DNA of 32,000 bases from a cyanobacterium endosymbiont of Epithemia turgida isolate EtSB Lake Yunoko (GTDB lineage: Bacteria > Cyanobacteriota > Cyanobacteriia > Cyanobacteriales > Microcystaceae), in contig NZ_AP012549.1 of the NCBI RefSeq assembly GCF_000829235.1, positions 1,860,001 through 1,892,000 of the forward strand. The letters are read 5' to 3'. How positions within the stretch are numbered: the stretch's first letter is position 1; each line of letters begins with the position of its first letter. Position numbers and translations under genes: made by a program. Below are positions 10,431 through 20,068 of this stretch, piece by piece. Under the pieces are notes generated by a model. That model was not told the origin of the DNA and did no database searches. It saw only the letters and a list, made by a program, of their open reading frames with translations.

Positions 10431-10947
10431 AGGATAGATTTAGATGAGAATTATCAAGAGATTTCATATTCTATTGGATTAAAAAGTAATCTAGTTTTTG
10501 TTGCTGTTACTACCATTATTTTTATTGGCAAAATTGTGATCATTCAATAGAGAAGGTGAGTATTTAAGACTACTCCAGAGGGTTAAACTTCAATTATTTT
10601 AGAAATCTCTTACATGATTTAAAAACTTAACGATAATAAACGAGAAGTCACTAACTAAAATTTACTAGTTAACTTTAAAGCATAAATTAATCTCTTGAAG
10701 TCTTTGGTTAATTTATTTCCTATTAGTTATTTCAAAGAAGATAAAAAAATAATTTATTGTTATTGCTGATTGTTTATCCGAGATGTTTAACTATTTGTAG
10801 TATAACATCGTGAACTGTTCTTGTCTAAGAGACAATCATGAATCTGTTGATTTATTCAATGAATTTAAACATAAATTAACCATTATGAATGGAGCCTTAA
10901 GTATTGATGATAAACTTATCAAAGTACTTTATAGTAAAATAAATTAG
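10431..10947 (+). pseudogene. 5'-truncated, decayed ISL3-family transposase relic (second copy, different lineage)
   Basis: Frame fragments QDRFR* (10430-10447) and IIKRFHILLD (10450-10479) resemble the ISL3 vvDRFHv motif. A 49-codon open stretch at 10801-10947 ends ...LFNEFKHKLTIMNGALSIDDKLIKVLYSKIN*. That matches the ISL3 C-terminal signature as I remember it (..yF....TNG.lEGiNNKiKvlKR.ayGfrNf). The spacing between the two motifs (about 430 nt) is similar to that in the relic at 14000-15125. Confidence 0.4.
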
Positions 10948-11492
10948 AGAAAATTTATTAGCTATTTTAAGTCAGGTAATAGATATAAAAAAACTAAAGT
11001 AATTAGATTAATTATTTTGTTCTATCCCGACTATTTAAAGGTATCAGTTTTTTTGTTGAGTTTATGTCATACAAAATAGTTGTTTTTATCAAAAATAATG
11101 TTTCATGTCAAGAAAATCTCCAAAGTTATAAAAATTAATAAACAAATGAGAATATTAGCAAGTCTAAAGTTTAGAGCTAGAAAAAATATAAAAATAGTTC
11201 ATGAAACATCTTTGAGAAAAATTAAAATTTTCAAAAGGGTTTTATAAACAAATCATTCTATTTTAGATTTTACTTTCTAAGATAATTAAGACTTGAATAA
11301 AGTGAATATAATTATATTTTTCAAATTAAACTACATTTTTTAAAGTAATTATCTGAGTTTAATAAATTTATAGTAATGACATTTAATATAAGTTTAACTT
11401 ACTTTTTTAGTGCTTTATAATCTTTTATAAAGTAAGAGTTAATGAGGATTAAATAGTTGTCTTTGAATTAATATTTAATCTTAAAAAATATA

Positions 11493-11522
11493 TATTTGAG
11501 TTAACTTAAGTTAACTCAAATA
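11493..11522. repeat. 30-nt perfect palindrome (no spacer)
   Basis: tatttgagttaactt|aagttaactcaaata. All 15 pairs were checked, and symmetry breaks at 11492/11523. It contains two HpaI-type GTTAAC cores. Confidence 0.9.
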
Positions 11523-12185
11523 GTATTGAAACTAAAAAATAATTCTCTTATTCATTGATGATTGATGATTGATATTTAAAATAATTTGTCAATCAGCAAG
11601 CATCAGCAGTGATTATATTAATAATATTATAATATTTAAATATTTTTTAATAATCATGAATAGGCTTGTAAAATACAAAGATAAACTAATAATACTAGGA
11701 ATTAATTTTTATTTAAAATAAAAATTAATAATCAAAATAAGTTATTATATATAATAGTTTATTGTCTTATTAAAATTGATACTTTTAAAGTATCAACTCA
11801 AGCAATTAATTTCATCATAGATTTTATATTTTGTAGAAAACTTAACTAAGATTTCAAAATATTTATTCTTCAATAATACTTAAAATAAGTATAGTAAAAA
11901 TACATGGCAATATCTAAGAATTAGTGAAGATATACCTACGGCAACTAAAACACATATTTTTAAAATTTTATATCCAAAAATAGTATATTTATATATTTTA
12001 TTATACAATAAATAGCGCATTAATCGTTGCCATTTTAGACAAAAAAGTAAGATTGTAAATTTAATTAACAAGACTTGCTTATAGGTGTTTTTTGTGTTAG
12101 GGTCCAAGCTTATTTTTATTGATATAAAGGAGAATACAAATAAATATAAAAGTTTTTAAACAAGTTCATAAGCTAGTACAATAAA

Positions 12186-12210
12186 CTAATAATATAGTCT
12201 ATATTATTAG
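12186..12210. repeat. perfect 11-bp inverted repeat, 3-nt loop
   Basis: ctaataatata (12186-12196), loop gtc, tatattattag (12200-12210). The arms are short and A+T-only apart from the end pair, so this could be chance. Confidence 0.6.
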
Positions 12211-12297
12211 AAACTAGTTGCCAATAGATATTTACATAAAAGTCGAATCAATAAACTTGAATTAAATCTAAAAAAAATATTATTATGAATTGCCGTG

Positions 12298-12363
12298 ATA
12301 CTTATCATCATTATAAATGATATTTTTTATCAAAAAAATATCATTTATAATGATGATAAGTAT
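12298..12363. repeat. perfect 31-bp-arm inverted repeat (66-nt hairpin), 4-nt loop
   Basis: atacttatcatcattataaatgatatttttt (12298-12328), loop atca (12329-12332), aaaaaatatcatttataatgatgataagtat (12333-12363). All 31 pairs were verified base by base. A T7 run follows on the plus strand. Confidence 0.95.
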
Positions 12364-12959
12364 TTTTTTAAAAATTATTTTTTAGTCGGATAAACTCAAT
12401 TTAGTTGTTTAGATTTTTTTACTAAAATTAAACTGTAAATATTTATTTTAGGCCTAAAACTATTCAACTAAGTCTTAAATTAGAGAACCAAAAAACTAAA
12501 ATTAATTTACGTAATACTTCTCTGTGCGGTTAAAAATCTACAATAGTTTTAAATCAATCAACTCTCCTTTTAATTAACTTCAATGTATTATTAATATTTT
12601 TTATTATTCCTTGGGTTAGTCTTTGGAAAAAATAGGTAATAATTTTCACAATCTTACTCCTCATTGTTACGCGGATTTATGGCTATATAGTATCGCCTAA
12701 ACAATAATTATTGTTGTTGATCCGCCTGTTGTTAAATATTAAGTTTTGTTTTTTTATTTTTAACTTTTATATTACAGATTTAGTAATATTGCATTCCATT
12801 CTAATTTGAGGCATACTTTTGGACTATGAAAGATTTTTGCAGAAAAAATTGACATGATCTTAATCTAGGTATTTATTCTAATTTATATATTTTCCTTGTA
12901 TTAAGTGTGCGTAATGGTTAGACTAGACTAGGAAAATTAATTATCTCTAAAACAAAAAT

Positions 12960-13631
12960 TTGATCTCTTCAGACTCTTCTAGAAACTCTTCATTGGCTTG
13001 GCAAGATTTGCTCAGACAACATCGGGCTATTGCAGTCATCCGCACTAATGATTTAAATCTTGGCTTAGAAATGGCCAAAGCCGTGTCTGCTGGTGGAATT
13101 CGTCTAATTGAAATTACCTGGAATAGTGAAAGACCCGTCCACTTAATTCGCCAAATTTGCGAGCAATTACCTAACTGTACTATCGGAACAGGGACAGTTT
13201 TAAACCTTGAACAGCTACAAGAGGCGATTGCAGCTAAAGTTCAATTTTGCTTTACCCCCCATGTCAACCCTACATTAATTCAAACCGCCATTAACGCTGA
13301 TATTCCTATGATTCCTGGCGCTTTATCTCCTACGGAAATTACCACCGCTTGGCAATTAGGAGCTAGTTGCGTTAAAGTCTTTCCTGTACAAGCGATAGGA
13401 GGAGTCTCTTATATTAAAGGGCTACAAGGTCCTTTGAGGTTTATTCCGCTCATTCCTACTGGTGGCGTAACCCTCGACAATGCTGCGGCCTTTATTAAAG
13501 CAGGGGCGATTGCAGTAGGATTATCGAGTCAGTTATTTCCTAAGAACGCTATTGATAATAAAAATTGGGAGGTCATAACTCAAAAAGCTCAAATATTGTT
13601 GCAACAACTAAAGCCTTTTTCTGCCGTCTAA
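12960..13631 (+). CDS. eda: 2-dehydro-3-deoxyphosphogluconate / 4-hydroxy-2-oxoglutarate aldolase (Eda family)
   Basis: 223 aa. KDPG-aldolase layout: AIAVIR, GGIRLIEIT (catalytic Glu context), IGTGTVL, IPGALSPTEI, SCVKVFP (Schiff-base Lys context), PTGGV. The track start is a TTG with no obvious SD, so the exact start is uncertain. Confidence 0.85.
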   Translation: MISSDSSRNSSLAWQDLLRQHRAIAVIRTNDLNLGLEMAKAVSAGGIRLIEITWNSERPVHLIRQICEQLPNCTIGTGTVLNLEQLQEAIAAKVQFCFTPHVNPTLIQTAINADIPMIPGALSPTEITTAWQLGASCVKVFPVQAIGGVSYIKGLQGPLRFIPLIPTGGVTLDNAAAFIKAGAIAVGLSSQLFPKNAIDNKNWEVITQKAQILLQQLKPFSAV

Positions 13632-13999
13632 AGAATTGCTGTTTCACCAGTTTTCTTTCAAAGATAATTACTAAAATTTTGGTAAATTTTTAGTAAAAGT
13701 TAGATAGAATAGAGAGTGTATAAAAGACTAGTATACCATAATATTTTTTATTTTATCCAAGATGAGTTTAATCTAAATTTATAGAGGAAAGGGAAAGCAG
13801 CAGATATTTTCTAGAAAAAGTCTTTGTTGAGGTCTGGTGTTATAAGTCCAGATTTTTTCTCGACCTTACCAAAGTATTTTGTTATTTATATGACTTCTAT
13901 CAATAATTTAAACAGCATGCTAATTATTTCCCTGAATTTACATATTTAAAGAGTAATTTTTTATGGCTTATTATTTTAAATATGAACTATATTTAGTTA

Positions 14000-15125
14000 T
14001 CAATAACTGAGGCTAATTATTTGATTTTAAGTAAATTTTAGACAATATAAAAACCAAAAATTTTGTTTCTGTGTTAGCAAAAGATAAAATTATAAATTTA
14101 TTTAAAAACTGAATATGTATTAATCAATAACGCTTTTAAAACACCTATAGATAAGAACTTTAATTAATTATTTACTATCGACAAAAAATGAAGTAAAATT
14201 AGGTAAAAACAATTGGCAAAATTACACGCTGTAAACATTTTTTTATTTAAACGATTTACGATTAATATAAAAATATCTTTCAGATTAAACATTCAAGATA
14301 TTGAAGTGTTTAAAACTTTTTTAGTTATCCTGAACCTGTTATTTAAAAATTAAAAATATAAAGATAAGGTTTTATGATTAATAATGAGCTTGTTGAAAGT
14401 TATATTTCTTACATAAATAACATTTATGCAGATTTTATGTTCACATTTAATTATGCCATATTTAAAGTTTTAATTTAATTAATATCTACGAACTTAAATA
14501 TAAACTTAGTTTAATAAACGAGGGTTAAAATTAAACAGAAATTACCATCGCCTTTATTTTAAGCTAAATAGAAAAAGTCAGTATTTATGGATACTCTATT
14601 CAAGTTTTATTAAAGAAATATTTTCTAAAACTTGAATAGTGGTAGATAGATTTCGTATAGTGAAACAGAGCAATAAAGAGTTAGACTTCCAAAGAAAGTC
14701 TAAAAAGAGAAGGATAGAAAAACTAAAGAAAAAGAAAACACATGACTAAGATAACTCATAGCAAATATTCTTTACTAAAAAAAAATAATTATGAGCGATA
14801 AAAATAAATATAAGACAGAGAAGTTTTTAAAATATCCTCATTCTTAAGAAGAATACATCAAATAAAAGAGAAAATAAGAGATATTTTTTAATGTTAAATA
14901 ACGAATAACGAGTGATGAGGCTTCCAAGAAATTTATAGAATAGACTGAAACTGCTCATCAATATTTTTCAAAGAGTTATCAGATAGTAGATGAATTAATG
15001 AAATTCAAATTTATTTTGACGATCTAACCTCCCAAGCAGTAGTAGAAGAGATTAATTTAAAAATTGAATTGATTACAAATATAAACACATGGCTTAAACT
15101 AACTTTGATAATTTTAGAAGGATAA
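14000..15125 (+). pseudogene. decayed ISL3-family transposase (dead insertion sequence), roughly full length
   Basis: - Frame from 14585: ..LWILYSSFIKEIFSKT*IVVDRFRIVKQSNKELDFQRKSKKRR. ISL3 consensus as I remember it: DMW.pY..aikevFPnAqIVvDRFHvmKqvNkaLD.vRr.
- 14764 onward: KYSLLKKNNYE, compare rwLLlKn.e.L.
- 14860 onward: IK.KRK.EIF, compare LKEeFRdIF.
- 15000-15125 (open): EIQIYFDDLTSQAVVEEINLKIELITNINTWLKLTLIILEG*, compare eI.nYF..rtTsGvvEGiNNKiKliKR.ayGFrNf.NF..R.
- A possible zinc-finger remnant ITRCKHFF sits near 14221.
- Multiple stops and at least one frameshift (near 14995).
The 5' boundary (about 14000) is inferred from family length only. Confidence 0.65.
14596..14639. repeat. perfect 14-bp inverted repeat, 16-nt spacer, inside the ISL3 relic
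   Basis: ctattcaagtttta (14596-14609) and taaaacttgaatag (14626-14639) are exact reverse complements. It sits just 5' of the DRF motif of the dead transposase. Confidence 0.85.
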
Positions 15126-15380
15126 TTTTATAAAACCGATATTTTTTCCACCAACTTATTCAGACTTAATCTAGGAGAGCTAAAATTGCAAACTCATTGA
15201 TTGAGTTCATTGTATTTGTATAAATACCTGGGTTCATGGAAAAAATTAGTTAACTTGTCTAAGTATAAATAGCAGTCAAGTATAACAAACGAATCAAAAG
15301 GTTCAAATTAGAATTGCTCTGATAAAAGAATTTAGCCGTAGTTTAGTTTAGCTCAACTACTTCTATCTTAATTAATTTGG

Positions 15381-16256
15381 TCAGACTAAGTCTTGAATTC
15401 CACTGACATTAGCCAACTCAAGATTAGGATAAGTGCGCTTAATTAAGCCCGTTAGCACCTTTCCTGGACCAACTTCAATACCGTGACTAATCTCTTCTTT
15501 ACGCAATTGTAACATTGTCTCTCGCCAACGAACAGAACTGGTCATTTGTTGAGTTAAATGAGCCTTTAAGACTTTTCCTGACTGGGTAGGAGTAGGATCA
15601 ACATTAGAAAGGACCGGAATTTGAGCATCAGTAAATTCATAAGCAGTCAATAATGTCTCAAATTCTTGAGCCACTGTTTTCATTAACGGAGAATGAAATG
15701 CCCCAGACACTTTAAGCGGAACGGTTCGTTTAACCTTAATCTGAGAGAGAACTTCCTTGACTGCTTCAGGAGTTCCCGAAATAACCACTTGTTGCTCACT
15801 ATTATCGTTAGCTAATACGACACTAGGATTAGCTGCGATTACCTGCTCTAATTGACTTCGATCAAACTTTATCAAGGCGGCCATTTTTCCCCCGGAGACT
15901 GTATCCATTAATTGGGCACGACGTTGAACCAATTGTAATCCGGTAGTAAAATCGAACACTCTCGCTGCATACAAAGCCGAATACTCCCCTAAGCTATGCC
16001 CTGCCACCAAATTTGGTGTTTGACCTTTCTCTCGAAGTAAATCGCCTAAAATGCTTTCAATCACATACAAACAAGGCTGAGTATAGAGAGTACGAGATAA
16101 TTCTTCCTCATCTCCCTGACATTTTTCCAACACAGACCAACCCAGAATCCGCTGTGCCTGTTCAAATCTAGTTTTGCCGACGAAAGTCTCTTGTAAATCT
16201 ACTCCCATCCCAATGGTTTGTGATCCTTGTCCTGGAAATACCCACGCTATTTTCAT
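15381..16256 (-). CDS. fabD: malonyl-CoA:ACP transacylase
   Basis: 291 aa. FPGQGSQ opening and active-site GHSLGEYSAL. It lies 41 nt downstream of fabH in the same orientation. Confidence 0.95.
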   Translation of the reverse strand: MKIAWVFPGQGSQTIGMGVDLQETFVGKTRFEQAQRILGWSVLEKCQGDEEELSRTLYTQPCLYVIESILGDLLREKGQTPNLVAGHSLGEYSALYAARVFDFTTGLQLVQRRAQLMDTVSGGKMAALIKFDRSQLEQVIAANPSVVLANDNSEQQVVISGTPEAVKEVLSQIKVKRTVPLKVSGAFHSPLMKTVAQEFETLLTAYEFTDAQIPVLSNVDPTPTQSGKVLKAHLTQQMTSSVRWRETMLQLRKEEISHGIEVGPGKVLTGLIKRTYPNLELANVSGIQDLV

Positions 16257-16297
16257 TTGTTATTATCAATAAATCTTCGAAAATTAATTAAAGGTGA

Positions 16298-17299
16298 TTA
16301 AATACCCCAGCGAAAAATCACTGCACCCCAGGTTAAACCGGCCCCAAAGCCAGAACTAGCGATTACATCCCCCGTTTTAATTTTCCCGTCTCTGACAGCT
16401 TCATCGAGAGCAATGGGGATGGATGCGGCTGACGTGTTACCGTATTCTTCTAGGTTAGCAATGACCTTTTCTGAGGGAATCTTGAGCCGTTGAGCCACCG
16501 CACACATGATACGCTGATTGGCTTGGTGTAGTATCAGCCAGTCAATATCGTCTCTGGAAATGTTAGCATGAAATAAGGCCCTTTCGATAACTTCTGGCAC
16601 TTTAGCTACAGCAAAACGGTAAACTTCTCGTCCGTTCATAGTGATAGGATGGTAAGTTCCTTGACTAATAGTTATCTCATCTTTAAGGGTTTTCTCTTGT
16701 CCTCCGTAAGAAAGATTAAGAGAATGATGTTGCCGTCCATCACTATACATATCAAACCCTAACAAGCGATCTTCATGAAGATTTGCTTGACAAACTACTG
16801 CGCCTGCCCCATCGCCAAAGAGAACACAGGTGTTACGATCTGACCAGTCTATCCAACGGGAAAGGATATCAGCCCCAATCACTACCACTCGTTGGTAAAC
16901 CCCAGTCCGAATAAATTGAGCGGCCGTGATTAAGGCAAAAACAAAGCCCGAACACGCCGCTGTCAAATCAAAAGCTACCGCATTATAAGCTCCTAATAAT
17001 TGTTGTACCTTAGCCGCACTTCCGAATAAGTCATCAGGGGTAGAAGTCGCTAAGATAATTAAATCAATATCTTTGGGAGTCAGACCAGCCATAGCAATTG
17101 CTTCTTGAGCTGCTTGAGCCGAGATATCACTAAGGGATGTATCTGGCGAAGCTAAATGCCGATGGCTGATTCCGGTACGTGTCCGAATCCACTCATCGGA
17201 GGTATCAACAAGACGCCCAAGGTCATCATTAGTAATCACCTGGGTTGGTGTGAATGAACCACAGCCCGTAATTGCAATTTTAGCTCCTGATGCGTTCAA
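16298..17299 (-). CDS. fabH: 3-oxoacyl-ACP synthase III
   Basis: 333 aa. SDEWIRTRTGI, active-site AACSGF, HQAN and GNTSAAS motifs are present. The start is TTG, preceded by AAGGAG 8 nt upstream (reverse complement of 17308-17313). Confidence 0.95.
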   Translation of the reverse strand: MNASGAKIAITGCGSFTPTQVITNDDLGRLVDTSDEWIRTRTGISHRHLASPDTSLSDISAQAAQEAIAMAGLTPKDIDLIILATSTPDDLFGSAAKVQQLLGAYNAVAFDLTAACSGFVFALITAAQFIRTGVYQRVVVIGADILSRWIDWSDRNTCVLFGDGAGAVVCQANLHEDRLLGFDMYSDGRQHHSLNLSYGGQEKTLKDEITISQGTYHPITMNGREVYRFAVAKVPEVIERALFHANISRDDIDWLILHQANQRIMCAVAQRLKIPSEKVIANLEEYGNTSAASIPIALDEAVRDGKIKTGDVIASSGFGAGLTWGAVIFRWGI

Positions 17300-17378
17300 T
17301 AATTTTCTCCTTGGGTCTCCCTGAAATATTCTTGATTATCGGGGAGAAGACTCCCCTAAAAGTCTTTTATTGTCAGTA

Positions 17379-18431
17379 TCACGGGTTACTGTTGACTATG
17401 TCTGAGCTATCCACTATTTTACCGAGGTAAGTAGACTTATCAGCTTGAATACGCTCAATAACTCGGTTATCAATGGCTTCTTTTGCCAAGCGGATCGCAT
17501 TAAAAATTGATGGAGCTTGAGAGCTACCATGACTAACAATACAAATCCCGGCAACTCCAAACAATAATGCACCCCCCTGTTCAGCATGATCGATACGCTG
17601 TTTCAGCTTCTTCAGGTTTGGCTTAAGGATTTGACCGCCGATTTTTCCACGCCATCCTTGAGGTAATTCCTCGCGCATAATTTGTAGGAGAATTTCTCCA
17701 ACAGCTTCTGCAAATTTGAGCAGAACGTTCCCAACAAAACCATCACAGACGATCACGTCAAACTGTCCCGAGAGGACATCTCTTCCTTCAGCATTACCGA
17801 CAAAGGGGATTTCTTTATTTTTTTCTAATAATTCATAAGTCTTTAAAGCTAAATCATTGCCCTTGCTAGATTCCTCGCCGATATTGAGTAAACCAACCTT
17901 GGGTTGTTCAACTCCTATTACATATTGGCTATAAATAGTCCCCATAAGGGCAAATTGTTCTAAATATTTGGGACGACAATCCACATTAGCCCCTACATCT
18001 AAAATAATCACGGATTTACCCGCTATTAGGGTGGGAAAGACAGCCCCAATTGCGGGACGATCAATGCCTTTGATGCGGCCTAAACGGAGAGAAGCTGCCG
18101 CCATGGCAGCCCCTGAATGTCCCGCTGAAACCACCGCATCAGCGCGATTTTGTTTAACCAAATCCATAACTACGTTAATGGATGCCTTAGGTTTACGTCT
18201 AAGTCCCTTAAGTCCTTCATCCATAGAGATCGCCCCATCGGCCTCGACAATTTCGATATTAGGGGCATGGACATGGTGTTTTAGGGAGTTTTGGATTTGT
18301 TGGTGATCGCCCACCAACAAAACAGTCACACCCAGCTCTTCGGAAGCTCGGATCGCTCCAGCGACGATTTCACCAGGGGCGTGATCCCCTCCCATAGCGT
18401 CTACTGCAATTCTTACGGGGGTTGCTGCCAT
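17379..18431 (-). CDS. plsX: phosphate acyltransferase PlsX
   Basis: 350 aa. IAVDAMGGDHAP opening, with VSAGHSGA and DVGAN motifs. It is the first gene of the plsX-fabH-fabD run. Confidence 0.95.
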   Translation of the reverse strand: MAATPVRIAVDAMGGDHAPGEIVAGAIRASEELGVTVLLVGDHQQIQNSLKHHVHAPNIEIVEADGAISMDEGLKGLRRKPKASINVVMDLVKQNRADAVVSAGHSGAAMAAASLRLGRIKGIDRPAIGAVFPTLIAGKSVIILDVGANVDCRPKYLEQFALMGTIYSQYVIGVEQPKVGLLNIGEESSKGNDLALKTYELLEKNKEIPFVGNAEGRDVLSGQFDVIVCDGFVGNVLLKFAEAVGEILLQIMREELPQGWRGKIGGQILKPNLKKLKQRIDHAEQGGALLFGVAGICIVSHGSSQAPSIFNAIRLAKEAIDNRVIERIQADKSTYLGKIVDSSDIVNSNP

Positions 18432-18596
18432 TGAATCAAAGTGATAGAAACCTTCAAAATTTTAACAGAAGCCCTGAAAAATCCGAACAGAAAGAATTCG
18501 CAATTTCACAACAGGCTAAACAAATAATGATAAAAAAAGAAAGATCAAGAAAATTAACATTATCCAGATTATCGCATGACGTGAGGTGATTTCAGA

Positions 18597-19886
18597 ATGC
18601 AAGAACTATTCGGTTTAGCTATTGCTAATTTGTTGATAAATGTTTTGAGGCCTAACCCAGAATCGTTGCAACCAATCATGGTGGCTGCCTGGCAACAGGC
18701 AAAAATTTTTGATGTTCCCACCACTCCTGATCCTATAGTAGAAAAAATTGTGGACGACTATCTCCAAAACATCACAGCCCTAGGTTTCTCTCTAGACAGA
18801 CAAGGGGTTTGGATTCAATCAGATTGGGCTTATCTAGGACAACATCAGTCTAACCTTCCTTTGTCTGCCGCGTCTCTGACTAAAATTGCCACCTCTATTG
18901 CTGCCTTGGAAACTTGGGAAACAGATCATCGTTTTGAAACTCGAATTTATACGGTAGGTTCTCTCAAAAATGGAGTCTTAACAGGAGATTTGGTAATTCA
19001 AGGAAACGGTGATCCTTTATTTGTTTGGGAAGAAGCAATTACACTGGGTAATTACTTAAACAAATTAGAAATTCGTAAAGTCATAGGTAATTTAATTATT
19101 GTTGACAATTTTTCGATGAATTTTAGCTTTAATCCACAAACCTCAGGGGAACTGCTCAAAGTAGGCTTAGATAAATCTCGTTGGCGTAGAATTGTTGAAC
19201 AAAAGTATCAAAACTTCCTTCCTAATACTCCTCGTCCCCAAGTAACAATCATGGGGGAGGTTCAAGTTCAATCTAATCTCCCAGAAGGTTCTCAATTACT
19301 AATCCTTCATCAGTCTTTAACTTTGGCTGAACTCCTCAAGCAAATGAATCTTTACAGTAATAATGCCATGGCTGAGAGCCTAGCACAATCGGTGGGAGGA
19401 GCAAAGATAGTAGCTCAGAAAGCTGCCAGAGCGGCTAATGTTCCTTTCGAAGAAATTCAATTAATTAATGGATCCGGATTAGGACTCGAAAACCGCATTT
19501 CTCCTCAAGCATCTGTGGCTATGTTAATTGGTATTCAGAAGAAGTTGGCAGGAAATCTCATGAATGTTACAGATATTTTCCCAATGGCTGGACGAGACAC
19601 CACTGGAACGGTAAAATGGCGCAATCTTCCAGATGGGGTGGCAATTAAAACGGGAACCTTGGCTCAAGTAAGTGCCTTAGCAGGGGTGATATCTACGAAA
19701 GAACGGGGTCAAGTTTGGTTTTCTATCATTAATCATGGCTACAATATTGATCGCTTTCGAGTTGAACAAGATCAATTATTACAGCGGTTAGCTGATCATT
19801 GGCAACTGACTAATGTTTCATCAACTCAGCAAACTCAACCCTATTTAGGCGATCCTCAACGTAATAAGTTAAAAGCCAAAAGTTAA
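18597..19886 (+). CDS. dacB: D-alanyl-D-alanine carboxypeptidase/endopeptidase, PBP4 (S13) family
   Basis: 429 aa. The three penicillin-binding motifs occur in order: SxxK (AASLTKI), SxN (YSNN), KTG (IKTGT). The domain order is typical of PBP4. The N-terminal start is not verified. Confidence 0.85.
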   Translation: MQELFGLAIANLLINVLRPNPESLQPIMVAAWQQAKIFDVPTTPDPIVEKIVDDYLQNITALGFSLDRQGVWIQSDWAYLGQHQSNLPLSAASLTKIATSIAALETWETDHRFETRIYTVGSLKNGVLTGDLVIQGNGDPLFVWEEAITLGNYLNKLEIRKVIGNLIIVDNFSMNFSFNPQTSGELLKVGLDKSRWRRIVEQKYQNFLPNTPRPQVTIMGEVQVQSNLPEGSQLLILHQSLTLAELLKQMNLYSNNAMAESLAQSVGGAKIVAQKAARAANVPFEEIQLINGSGLGLENRISPQASVAMLIGIQKKLAGNLMNVTDIFPMAGRDTTGTVKWRNLPDGVAIKTGTLAQVSALAGVISTKERGQVWFSIINHGYNIDRFRVEQDQLLQRLADHWQLTNVSSTQQTQPYLGDPQRNKLKAKS

Positions 19887-20023
19887 ATTTTTAGGCTCAA
19901 TGACTTTTATATCTAGTAAAAATTAAACAAATAATCGGGTTAAGCTACTTAAGAAGATCTACTTGTGTCGAAATAGAAATAATCTACAACCTGTCAATCC
20001 ATATACTTGTTACCTGACCTTCG

Positions 20024-20068
20024 ATAAATTTCTAGAACAAACAGGTTTTGTCTATTCTAGAAATTTAT
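20024..20068. repeat. perfect 14-bp inverted repeat, 17-nt spacer
   Basis: ataaatttctagaa (20024-20037) and ttctagaaatttat (20055-20068) are exact reverse complements. It lies 138 nt downstream of dacB and no U-run follows. Confidence 0.85.

Noticed and set aside
11554-11574. Three tandem copies of the 7-mer attgatg
   Set aside because: It is too short and too few copies to be a CRISPR array, iteron set or meaningful microsatellite. This is likely replication slippage in A+T-rich DNA.
11880-12107. 75-aa minus-strand ORF in the hypD-eda desert
   Set aside because: It has the same A+T-driven low-complexity composition (K, I, L, Y, F), with nothing to support it as a gene.
12656-12663. ACTCCTCA motif resembling the conserved core of cyanobacterial sRNA Yfr1 (ACUCCUCACAC)
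   Set aside because: Only 8 of 11 nt match. I could not find the flanking 5' stem-loop and GC-rich terminator hairpin that define Yfr1. An 8-mer match is expected by chance in 32 kb.
17968-18306. 112-aa plus-strand ORF inside plsX
   Set aside because: It is an antisense shadow ORF. Its composition (A/P/R/S/T-rich) mirrors the complement of plsX codons.
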